This document shows, one piece after another, positions 49,700-60,600 of a DNA stretch of 64,000 nt. The notes beneath the pieces were generated by a model. The model did not search any database. It saw nothing but the letters and a program-made list of their open reading frames with translations, and was not told where the DNA came from. This DNA comes from Ranitomeya imitator (Eukaryota). Numbering within the stretch: the stretch's first letter is position 1; each line of letters begins with the position of its first letter. A program made the translations under genes and the position numbers. The stretch covers positions 39,556,001-39,620,000 of the forward strand of contig NC_091284.1 in assembly GCF_032444005.1 (NCBI RefSeq), given 5' to 3'.

Positions 49700-50462
49700 A
49701 GGGCCACTGTCACCCCCCCTCCAGCCGTTATGAACTAAAAGAGCCACCTTGTGCAGCAGTAAAGCTGCATTCTAACAAGGTGGATCTTTTAGTTTTGTGT
49801 TCAGGTGTTACTAAAATTAAGCGCTTTGAAACTTTGCAAAAATACCTATCTTTGTCCACGGAGGCGGGTCCTCAATCCCCAGCTTGAACGGTACTCTGCC
49901 GGCACTCACATCTTCAGGGGCTTTCGGCGCCGCCCCCTCCGCGCTGTTTTCTCTTCAAATCCGGCGCCTGCGCTGTGTAAATGTTTGTGGGGCAGGCGCA
50001 ATAAGCTCTGGCGGTCTGACGTCCCAGCCAGGCTTGGAGACTGCGCCTGTGCGGGCAGTGCGGCCACCCACCTCGGTAATCCCTGCCCCGCACTGTGTTA
50101 TGCATTATGAACAGTGCAGGGCTAGGATTCCTGGGCATGCGCACTGCGTGTGTCAGACTGTCACCCAGGTCCCCCACCTTACAGCGTCTGTCTATTCAGC
50201 TGATCGTGCCTCCTCCTCCTCACAGCAATCGCCGGGACGATCAACTGAATAGACAGAGGCTGTAAGGCGGGGGACCTGGGTGACAGTCTGACACACGCAG
50301 TGCGCATGCCCAGGAATCCTAGCCCTGCACTGTTCATAATGCATAACACAGTGCGGGGCAGGGATTACCGAGGTGGGTGGCCGCACTGCCAGAATGCAGC
50401 TTTACTGCTGCACAAGGTGGCTTTTTTAGTTTATAACGGCTGGAGGGGGTGACAGTGTCCCT
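49700..50462. mobile_element. Kolobok/T2-type MITE (TTAA TSD)
   Basis: TTAA|AGGGCCACTGTCACCCC...GGGGTGACAGTGTCCCT|TTAA; palindromic core; right arm carries a deletion. Confidence 0.85.
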
Positions 50463-50509
50463 TTAAGGCCGGTCACTTGTACCGGTGATGTGATCACTGG
50501 AAACCACCT

Positions 50510-51060
50510 TCCCCTTTTAACATAAGACGCAAAAGTCTAATTTATTAAAATATAAAATCCGTTACCCCAATCGATAAACACTGCAATGAGAGAAAAAAAA
50601 ATCCTACAACTAGAATTGTGTTTTGTTTTTGTTTTTTGTTGCTGAAACATCGCAAGAATGCAAACCCAACACATCGACCATAAGATGGAATCATGAAAAA
50701 CGTCAGATTGCCATGCAGAAATCAAGCCCAAGAGTGGTGTTTTTTTTTTTTTTCGAATTTCCATCTTTTTCACCGCTTAATGACATAAAAAATTATATAC
50801 GATAAAACCTTGGTATAATTGTCGTGCTGTAAAACTACAGCACCAAAAATTGCGTGTTTTTTTTTTTTTTTTCTCAGTTTCACTGCACTTTCATTTTCCC
50901 CCCCCATTTTCCAGTACATTGAAGGGTAAAGAGCTTTGAAGTGCACCAATCTACAACTCGTACCGCAAAAAAACCCCTAAGCCCTCATGTGTCTGTGAAA
51001 AATTAAAGTTATGGGCCTTGGAAGTAAGGGAGGAAAAATCACCCGGTCAGGAAGGGGATA
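50510..51060. mobile_element. Non-autonomous DNA transposon fragment (piggyBac-like end)
   Basis: Ends ggtcaggaagggg|ataa; shares blocks with 44260-45480. Confidence 0.4.
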
Positions 51061-51405
51061 AAGTAGGCATCATCAATTTGGTGCCTTATTAGACAATCGT
51101 GACTTTTTTTTTTTTTTTTTTAAAGGAATGACGACTTCTGGCTCTTTAAAAAGTTGCAAAAACCAAAAAAAGTATAGAGCTTTAAAAAAAAAAAAAAAAA
51201 ACTTGCACGAAGTTTATGAACAGCGTGCGCTATTTTAAAGAATGCGGATCAAAAATGTGTGTAGGTAGAAGACAATAAATAAGTGACTTCACCAGTGGTG
51301 ATTTTGGACCAATATGTGGATTGGCTTCAACTTTATTTCATGTTACGTGACAGATATTATTGGGAAGGAAGAGTTCATTGCCTGTTTTTATTTTTTCTCC
51401 TCCAG

Positions 51406-51516
51406 CCGCCCATCCAGGTGTTTGGTCTGGAAGGCCGCTATGCCACCGCTCTGTACTCTGCCGCTTCCAAGGAGAAGAAACTGGACCAGGTGGAGAAGGA
51501 GCTGAACCGAGTGTCT
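51406..51516 (+). CDS. ATP5PO: ATP synthase OSCP, exon 3
   Basis: tccag|[37 protein letters not shown]|gtgagt, 111 nt. Confidence 0.97.
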
Positions 51517-51636
51517 GTGAGTATCGCTGCTGGCGCTCGTCCCCAGGCCTGGTCTGCTGAATGTGTAGACCTGACCTAGCGGATCCCTCCTTCTACCGGA
51601 CGTGATTATATGTAATGCTGATACTTTTTCTTTCAG

Positions 51637-51766
51637 ACTCTAATTAAGGATCCGAAGTTATCAACCATCATCACCAACCCCCACATCAAGCGCAACCTGA
51701 AACAGAAGACGGTCGCTGATCTACTGACTAAAGAGAAGTTTTCTCCCCTCACCTCCAACTTTGTCA
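51637..51766 (+). CDS. ATP5PO: ATP synthase OSCP, exon 4
   Basis: tttcag|TLIKDPKLSTIITNPHIKRNLKQKTVADLLTKEKFSPLTSNFV(A)|gtgagt, 130 nt. Confidence 0.96.
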
Positions 51767-52067
51767 GTGAGTATCCAACCTCCTGCACCGATTCATGTCT
51801 CCCAGCCCTTTATTTAATAGTCTGGAAGCAGTGAGCCCCCTCCGCTGTGAGGACGAGGCACTGCTCTCTGGAGGACGGGAACCAGCAGAATTGTATCGGT
51901 CTCATTGTAAAGAATAGCTAAATGGAGAGATGAAGATCCTGTGTTATGGAGAGTGTCGCTGAGCCCTAGATCCTGAGGCCGGGGTGTTCGGCTATCAGCC
52001 GTCCAGTTGGGAACAATCCTTTTAATGTTGAGCATTTCCATCGTTAACCTACTGTTTTTTTTGACAG

Positions 52068-52180
52068 ATCTGCTGGCCGAGAACGGTCGTCTGCGCTACA
52101 CTCCGGAAGTGATCGGCGCATTTGTTAAAATCATGAGCGCTCACCGAGGAGAGGTGTTGTGTTCTGTCACCACAGCCTCC
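52068..52180 (+). CDS. ATP5PO: ATP synthase OSCP, exon 5
   Basis: gacag|(N)[37 protein letters not shown]|gtaagt, 113 nt. Confidence 0.97.
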
Positions 52181-52630
52181 GTAAGTGTCCTGTCTGCAGC
52201 GGACCACACGTGTTGTATAAAGCTCCGTCTTGAGGAGAGATGAAGTTATGAAATGTTTTCTACCCCGGGGCTGGGATGTGTTCATGGGGGGGAAAATTTA
52301 TTATGTGAATGTCAGGTGGCCCAGACTTTTGTGTGAGATTAGAGGGCGTGAGTACTTAAAAGAATTGCCCATAGTAAGTACTCCGGATCTGTCACTTTTA
52401 AAGAGATTTTCCACTTTCAGGAAAGTGGATCCTAAGCATTGGATGTAAAATAACAGGCAGGGCTGGTACTCGCCCTCCATGGGTTCAGCTGCAGCAATGA
52501 CGTCACATCGGCAGCTTGAATTTATGCAATATGTACTGCAAAATGTAGGAGCTGCTCTGTGATCAGACCACTCCAGTCCACTGCTATGACTATAAACCAT
52601 CAATCTGATCACATAAACGTCTGCTTTCAG

Positions 52631-52717
52631 CCTCTGGATGAAGCCACCTTGACTGAATTAAAGACTGCCCTCAATGGTTTCCTTGCAAAGGGAGAATCCT
52701 TGAAATTGGAGACCAAG
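52631..52717 (+). CDS. ATP5PO: ATP synthase OSCP, exon 6
   Basis: tttcag|PLDEATLTELKTALNGFLAKGESLKLETK|gtaggt, 87 nt. Confidence 0.96.
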
Positions 52718-52821
52718 GTAGGTGTTCAATGATTGATGCCATCCTTCATTAGACTCCATTATTGTCCGAAGATTATCAGACAAGGTAAAAGGTTTTGGAT
52801 TTGCAGCTCAGTCTTCATTAA

Positions 52822-53505
52822 ACGGGTTGTCCAGTGAAAACGTCATCAATAGGCTGGGTGTTGATTGATTGGGGTCTGACCGCTGGACTCTGTGATGGGC
52901 AGCAAGGGGAACGTAGCAGGTGTACTGCTGCTCCTTTCATTCCTAATTGGGCTGCTGAGCGCTGCACTCGGCTTTTTCTACAAATCTCATAGAGATTGAA
53001 TGGAGCGTCAGTCAGATGTCTGACCTGCTGCACCAATTTTTTTTTTTTTTTTTTAAGTATGAGGGTATGTGCACACGATGCGGATTTAGCTGCGGATCCG
53101 CAGCAGTTTCCCATGATTTTACAGTACAATGTAAACCTATGGGAAACAAAAAAACGCTGTGCCCATGCTGCGGAAAAAAAACGCGCGGAAACGCAGCGTT
53201 TTATTTTCCGCAGCATGTCAATTCTTTGTGCGGAATCAGCAGCGTTTTTACATCTGCTCCAATAGAAAACTGCAGATGTGAATCCGCAATGGAAAACGCG
53301 ATAAATCCGCAGTAAAAACCGCAGTGGTTTTTCCCTGTGGATTTATCAAATCCGCTGCGGAAAAATCCGCAGTGGACCATTCTACGTGTGCACATACCCT
53401 GAAAGTTCTGCTGATTGGTACAAGTCCCATCTGTCAGACACCCATCAATCATCACGTTATCACCTACCCTGTTGATTGGAGATAACTTTCTACTGAAAAA
53501 TCCCT
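52822..53505. mobile_element. Old Kolobok/T2-type MITE containing a Harbinger MITE
   Basis: TTAA|ACGGGTTGTCC...AAAAATCCCT|TTAA, degenerate. Confidence 0.5.
53063..53399. mobile_element. PIF/Harbinger MITE (GGGTATGTGCACACG TIR, TGA TSD)
   Basis: TGA at 53060-53062 and 53400-53402; close homologue of 55478-55822. Confidence 0.88.
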
Positions 53506-53574
53506 TTAAACTGAATGCAATACCTGACGCCACCCTCAGAGGGATGAGGATTCTGAAATGGCAATGTGTTAGAG

Positions 53575-53668
53575 CAGGGGTCCCCAACTCCAGTCCTCAA
53601 GGCCCACCAACAGGTCATGTTTTCAGGATTTCCTTTGCATTGCACAGGTGATGCAATTATTACCCCTG
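53575..53668. mobile_element. 94-bp internally deleted hAT element
   Basis: CAGGGGTCCCCAAC...ACCCCTG; TSD TGTTAGAG at 53567-53574 and 53669-53676. Confidence 0.8.
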
Positions 53669-54056
53669 TGTTAGAGGAAAAAACTTCCAAATTCAGACAA
53701 TCTAAGATAAAGAACTCAAGAATCTTGCTTCTCATTATCTCATCAGAGCTGTTCTTAGGTGTGTGAGCGTGCTAGTAACCGTACTGTCCGCAGGAGGCAG
53801 GATAACACGTTCTCCTCTTATAAATAGTGTAGGCATAGCTCACGCTGCTTATGACTTTTCCCACTAAAGGGGTTACACCACGTTTATAAATTATCTCCAT
53901 CCCATCAGTTAGGGGGCTAACGAACTTACTGATTGCTGGAGGTTCAGCTGATGGGACCTGCACCGATCCTGACAGTGGGGCTTGCAGAGGTCAAGCATGT
54001 GCACATTCTCTCCATTTATTTTTTTGTGCAACTGATGGAAATGACCAAACACTTTT

Positions 54057-54218
54057 GGCCACGTTCAGTATTTCACATCAGTATTTGTAAGCCAAAACCA
54101 GGAGCGGGTGATAAATACAGAACTGGTGACGTGCTTCTATTTTTTTTTTCCTGACTGTTCCACTCCTGGTTTTGGCTTACAAATACTGATGTAAAATACT
54201 GAATGTGTGAACATGGCC
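54057..54218. mobile_element. Harbinger-type palindromic mini MITE
   Basis: GGCC...GGCC ends; cagtatttgtaagccaaaaccaggag / ctcctggttttggcttacaaatactg inverted arms. Confidence 0.55.
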
Positions 54219-54812
54219 CAATCCTCTGGTCCATCCAGACCTCCAGCAATCACTTCTCCTGTGGATAGATGAGAACACAAACGTTGAACAAAGCCTTTCC
54301 TTACAGATGAGCTAATAAATAGCAGAGCCTGGTCCAGCCTAGTAATCTACGTCTGCTGGATGGGAACCTGTGAACCATGTCCCGCTCATCTAATGATTTG
54401 TAGGGCTGGACCGACTTAATCTGTGTCAAGCCAAACTGGCTAATCTAAAGAGCAGCCACGAATGCTTGCAGGGCCAACGAATTACTTACTTGGTTGCTGA
54501 ACCAGGGTCATGCCATTCGATTCGCTCAATTTTACCCATCATTGTGGTGTTTCCTGATAAATTATATATCATTGACTTCTGGAAACAATGTAAGTGCAGA
54601 TTGCAAGGCCTTTGCCTCTGTTGCCTCATAAATGAGGGAGCCATGGCTATCAATGACTCCTTGGGTATGGGGTAAGATAGGGAATGGCGGTGCCATCTGT
54701 ACTTACACAGAACACGATGTGGGGCAGATAACAACCCGAGTACATCTGCCATTAACTTTCTATGAGCATGCACTGATAACTTGTCTTTCTATTTTTTTCA
54801 TATGTTTTGTAG

Positions 54813-54926
54813 ACTGACCCCTCAATCTTGGGAGGAATGGTTGTCAGCATTGGGGACAAATATATTGACATGTCAACAAAAACCAAGATCCAGAAACTAA
54901 CCAAGGTTATGAGGGATACCGTGTAA
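54813..54926 (+). CDS. ATP5PO: ATP synthase OSCP, exon 7
   Basis: ttgtag|[37 protein letters not shown]; total CDS 636 nt (211 aa). Confidence 0.97.
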   Translation, partial: TDPSILGGMVVSIGDKYIDMSTKTKIQKLTKVMRDTV

Positions 54927-54960
54927 GAGCGTTGATGGTCTGTCTGATCACTAGTAACTG

Positions 54961-54966
54961 AATAAA
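54961..54966 (+). terminator. ATP5PO polyadenylation signal
   Basis: AATAAA 35 nt after the stop; a second AATAAA lies near 55139. Confidence 0.65.
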
Positions 54967-55477
54967 TCATTTTACAGAGTGTAACTTATCTCGTGTCTTG
55001 AGTGTTTTCCTGAAGATGTCCGTCCCATTGACTCGTCGCAGTCTCCTCTCCTGCATGTCTGCTGTTAGACAAGAGAAGATCCTACTGATTATACACAGCG
55101 CCTGTCTAAACTGTGTGATGGGGACAGGTCATATTTCTAATAAAGACTGTTTTTGGCCCACCAGAAGGGGCTCATTGTAGAGGAACCTGAGTGTAAACGG
55201 CCCCTTGCTTCCAAATAAACTGAAGAAACTGCATCGTAGTTCTGCTAAGTGGTAAAAGTACTGACATCTCTTCCTCTATTAGGCCGGCTTGAGCACAGAC
55301 CGATAATCTGGATTAGACATGGGGACGGGGTCTCCAGACCAAAGCACAGCAGCCTCATATGCCAGTGAGTTTAATTCAGATCAGGAGGCCTGCGGCCAAA
55401 ACCACACATCAGTCCGTACTGAGTTGGGCCGTGCATGTTGAATGTATGAGTCCAGCATTACAGATGTCAAACCATAA

Positions 55478-55822
55478 GGGTATGTGCACACGATGCGGAA
55501 AACGCTGGGGGTCCGCAGCAGTTTCCCATGAGTTTACATTACAATGTAAACCTATGGGAAACCAAAAACGCTGTGCACAAGCTGTGGAAAAAAACGTGCG
55601 GAAACGCAGCGGTTTACATTCCGCGGCATGTCACTTCTATCTGCGGATTCCGCAGCGGTTTTACAGTTGCTCCTATAGAAAATCGCAGTTGTATAACCGC
55701 AGTGAAATCCGCTGTAAATCCGTGATAAATCTGCAGCAAAAACGCAGTGTTTTTGCCCTGCAGATTTATCAAATCTGCTGAGGAAAAATCCGCAGTGGAC
55801 CATTATACGTGTGCACATAGCC
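55478..55822. mobile_element. PIF/Harbinger MITE (TAA TSD)
   Basis: TAA|GGGTATGTGCACACG...CGTGTGCACATAGCC|TAA. Confidence 0.88.
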
Positions 55823-57299
55823 TAAGACTAGGATATGCAGTTTTTCAGGACATCTCAAGACGGCACACCAGGATGTAGTCCTTATCATATAGGGACAGGG
55901 AAACTCCAGTCCCAAGCAGGTCTGACGCAGAGTGGACACATCAGCGAAAGGATTACCTGCCGAGCTCGGAGGGGATCCATCCTTTCCCTTCCTTCTCTGA
56001 AGAGGCTCATGGCTGATACCTCACTGGTTAGGGGGTCCCTGACCCTGGTCCGCAGAGTGGGAAGTGGCTTATTTGCCGCTTCTCTCTGTGGAGGGCTCTC
56101 AGCCTCATGCTGCAGCTTCCCCAGGGTGGAACATACTGCCGGATTACAGGGGAGGCAGGACGCTCCTACATGTGCAGAGACAGAACAATTCCTGGGCAGT
56201 CTTTATGATGTTGGTTGGCCCGAAGATTTTCTTGAGTAAGCTCAGGAACTCTTAGCCTTAAATATCTTATTTAAGTTCAGGACAGAGGAACCCATATAGG
56301 GTCGGATTCTTCATCCAGGAAGCAAACCAGAAGATGTGCGACATGCTTAATTACCAGAGGCACATAATCGGTTATATGCGGAGTGCATCATGAAAATCTT
56401 AAAGCAGGAAAATGCCTTATTTATGGCCTACATGAGATCTATGACTGGAGAGGAGATGCAAAGCAGTCTCCAGCATAATTCCCCCCCTCAAGCGCTGCAG
56501 GGCATATCCCGCGCTAAAAGAGCTAGATGGGAAATGGAGGGGTCATCAGAAGAGGAAGAGTTTTCCTATTACTCTGACAAGGGTCAGGAGGATGCACCCA
56601 AGATCCTCTCAGAAGAAAGGAAGTATTTCCAGTTCACCACCTGACCGCACTATTGGAGGATGTCCTTCTAACCCTCAGTGGGACAGGAACAACAAGCGGT
56701 TAAAAGTTCCCTCCCCACTCCACCCACCAGTGTTTTTCCTGTCCCACTGTGGATAGGAACAGCAAGCTTATCCTCCAACTGCTGTGGAGATCGGGGGGCC
56801 CAGCCTTTCCCTTCCCCACCGCAAGACATCTGCTGATACCTGCCATGGGGGGGTCCCTCAGCCTCCCCATTGTAGCGCTGGTCCTGGGGTCAGGGTCAGG
56901 TCCATCTCCTCCATGTGGGGGGCGTGCATGGCAGCCGCTTCCAGCCTCCGAGTCCAGTGGCCGCATCACTTCCGGCCGCGACAAGCACACTCACCGGAGA
57001 TACCAGCGGCAGCGCCGGCCTCAGGTGAGGCCTTGCAGCACGGTCAAGCCACGTGGGACACAGCAAGGAGGGTAGGATCAAACAGGTAAAGAAGCATATA
57101 AAAACGGGGTATGGGGATCCATGTGCGCCGGCCATCCTGATAAGGAGCACCCGACTAATGTGTCTTCATAATGGAGGAGACAGGCAGACCTGAGGGCCCA
57201 GAACAAAACACGGACACCAGAGTAGGCTAAACTATACTAGAATCTCTGTGTGTTTTAGGGTGAGCCTCCCACCCCTGCACCTGAAAAGAAAAAGTCTGG

Positions 57300-58525
57300 G
57301 AAGAATAAATGTCTTATTTGTGCAGCTAGATTACCAGAGAACTGGCGGAAGCCACTCTGCAAGTCGTGCACGTCTAAAATCATTGGTGAAGAACAGACTT
57401 CATTGTTAACCAATATGAGAGCAATGATACATCAGGAAGTTCAGGCATCCATCTCTAGCCTGAATTTTCCCTAGACCAGCCAGACAGAACCGCAAACATC
57501 GCGGAAAAGACCGAGAGAATCCAGTCCATCTTCTGATGAATAAGATACAGAGAAGACGGATCAAGAAGAAAGAGAAGAACCATTGGGAAGAGGAAAGAAA
57601 TATCTCTTCTCGGCGGCAGATACGGATGAACTCCTACATACAGTATGTAACACCATGCAGTTACAGGACACTCCAGAGGAAATCTCGGGTCAGGATCAAA
57701 TGTTTGGCGGTTTGCATGCGCAGGTCACGAAAGTCTTTCCGGTTAACAACCATATCCATTCCATGATATTGGAGGAATGGCAGGAAGTGGAGAAAAGGCT
57801 AGTGGTACCTAGAGACTTTAGACTCCCGTTTACCTTATAATCCAGAGGATATAAAAGTTTGGGATGAAGTTCCCAAGATAGATGTGCCATTGGCTAAAGT
57901 AGCAAAGAAGACTGCGATTCAGTTTGAGGACGCCTCCGCGTTGAAGGATCCAATGGATCGCAAAGCAGATGGACTGCTTAGGAGAACTTGGGAATCCTCG
58001 GCGGCGAGAATACGGGCCAATATAGCAGCAACCTCGGTAGCCCGGTCCATGCATCTATGGATGGACAATTTAGAGGAGCATCTCAAGGCTAAGACCTCCA
58101 GAGATGTTATCCTTAAATCCCTTCCATTACTAAAGCTCGCGACAGGTATCATGGCGGACGCTTCAACGGAATCGGTACGATTCGCCACCAGAAGAGAGTC
58201 TTTGTCCAATGCAGCCAGAAGATCTATCTGTCTTAAAACGTGGTCAGGGGATATTCAATAAAAGAATAAGCTTTGTGGGATCCCGTTCTCAGGGAGTAAA
58301 GTGTTTGGGCCTATTCTAGACGACATATTAGAAAAAGCCTCGGACAAAAAGAAAGGGTTCCCTGAGGAAAACACAAAAAAGTACCAGCCCTTTCGTAGAT
58401 CCCGGCCTAGTCAGAAGACAGACTACAGGGGGAAAGGGAAGACTGGGAGATGGTCTTATCCCAAAGGTGGAAGAGGAAGAGATTCCATCTTCCCGGGTAC
58501 AGGTTCAGGGAAACCGAATAAATGA
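57300..58525 (+). pseudogene. DIRS ORF1 (gag-like) remnant
   Basis: CxxC..CxxC knuckle (CLIC...CKSC) near 57310; LKDPMDRKAD and WSGD..K..L.GIPF.G..VFG.ILD motifs; frameshift near 57835 and stop at 58259. Confidence 0.75.
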
Positions 58526-60600
58526 CATCAAAGTGGGAGGTCAGTTACAAAGATTTCTAGGGGGTTGGCAGAAAATATCCAAAAACCCGTGGTTACAAAC
58601 TAGAGTTCACCAGCCTTCCTCCAGAAAGGTTCATAGTAACCAGATCCTATCCCCTCTTAAACTCCCCTATGTGGTCAGACATCCAGGAGTTGTTAGAAGT
58701 AGAGGCAATCGTCCCAGTACCCATCTCAGAGAAAGGCAAGGGCCATTATTCACATCTATTTTCAATTTAAAAAAACCCATCAGGGGACTCCCGGACGATT
58801 ATAAGTCTAAAACCCCTGAACAGGTGGATCAGGTACAGGAGATTCAGGATGGAATCTATTAGGTCCACAATACCTCTCAAAGACATGGTGATGTGCACCT
58901 TGGATCTAAAAAGTGCATACTACCATGTCCCAATACATGCTTCCTACCAGAAATTCCTAAGATTCGCCCTGATGAACAGAGAGGTAATTTATCATTTTCA
59001 GTTCAAGTGCCTCCCCTTTGGCCTAGCTTCGGCACCCAGGATATTTACCAAACTAATGTCAGAGGTAGTGGCCTACTTAAGAAATCAAGGTATTTCCATA
59101 GTTCCATACTTGGACGACTTTCTGATAATGGCGAGATCAGAGAAGCTTCTCAAGATCGACTGCAACTTCACACTCTCCATTCTACAGGATCTGGGGTGTT
59201 CTCTTGTGTCTACAAGACTGGGGAGTTCCACCACTCCTCTTGGGCTATCTGCACAAAAGCTGTTCTACCCTGTATGCACACATGGATTTTTCCTCTCTGA
59301 ACCCTGTTCACACAGGTTATATACAGATGATCAGGTTTTTAAATACATCAGATAGGGATTGCATACATTAGTTAGGACTGCTCTGATAAGGGTATACCGT
59401 GAAGATTGGTAGAGCAGCTTAGTATACATTTTTTGCAAAAAACGTATCAACCAAATACCCTGTTTTTTACATCTTTTACTAGCACTTGCGGATTACTGCA
59501 ACATTTTTTCAAACTGAGTGTTTTTGGTTTCACTATTCTCTTTTGTGTCTTCAGGTTTCTTGGTGGTGTGTGAACATGATCATACAGACTTGTTCACTGT
59601 GCAAGTAGCCCATGTGTTCCTGTTTCCATCATTGTTCTCTTGTGTCTACAAGACTGGGGAGTTCCACCACTCCTCTTGGGCTATCTGCACAAAAGCTGTT
59701 CTACCCTGTATGCACACATGGATTTTTCCTCTCTGAACCCTGTTGTTGAATTGGGAAAAATCATGCCTAGTCCTAAATTCCAGAATTAAATTTTAGGGAG
59801 TCATATTAGATTCCAACACCAGAACGTCTTTTCTACCAGAAGAAGTTAATCAAGAACATACACCAGTTCAGAAAAAGCACTTCCTCCATAAGACAAGCAG
59901 TGAGGGTTCTAGGCTTAATGACGGCCTGTATTCCCTGTGTGAAGTGGAGCCAATTTCACTCACGAGGGTTACAGAAGGAGATTTTGAAATCTTGGAACAG
60001 GAGGCAAGATTCTCTGGAGAAGATGATTCTTTCTCCCTCAGGAAAGAAATCTCTAACCTGGTGGACCGTCCCAGAAAACCTGAAGGTGGGAGTTCCATGG
60101 GGCCTCTATCCCTGTGTCACTGTTACCACGGACGCCAGTCAGTTCGGATGGGGCGGGTATATAGGAAGGACATAATACCAGGGGAAGTGGAGTCCAGAGA
60201 TGTCAACCAAGTCATCAAATTTCAGGGAACTATATGCAACTGGAAAGTACTCTACCAGGCCCAGTCACAAGTCAGAAACAGACACGTAAGGATACTGTCC
60301 GACAATGTGATGGCGGTGGCGTTTCTAAGGCACCAGGGAGGCCCGAGACATCCATCTCTACAGCACTGAGTGGATCAAATTTTCAGATGGGCAGAGAAAT
60401 CCGTCAGATGCATCTCGGCAGTTCACCTGGAGGGTGCCAAAAATCAGGTGGCAGATTTTTTTGAGCAGAACGCCAGTAGATCCCAGAGAATGGAAATTGA
60501 ATCCAGAAGTGTTCAGCAGTCTGTGCCAACAGTGGGGAACACCTCAAGTGGACCTTTTAGCCGCAACCTGGTCTAGCCGAAATACCTTCAACACTACAAG
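58526..60600 (+). pseudogene. DIRS RT/RNase H/methyltransferase-like remnant
   Basis: LDLKSAYYHVPI, LPFGLASAPRIFTK, YLDD, TTDAS..GWG, SDN..AVAFL..QGG, W.LNPEVF..L...WG.P.VDL; multiple frameshifts; interrupted at 59197-59744. Confidence 0.85.
59197..59744. repeat. Insert bounded by 112-bp identical direct repeats inside the DIRS RT
   Basis: 59197-59308 equals 59633-59744 with a 324-bp spacer; RT frame resumes as ..LNWEKS after removal. Confidence 0.85.
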
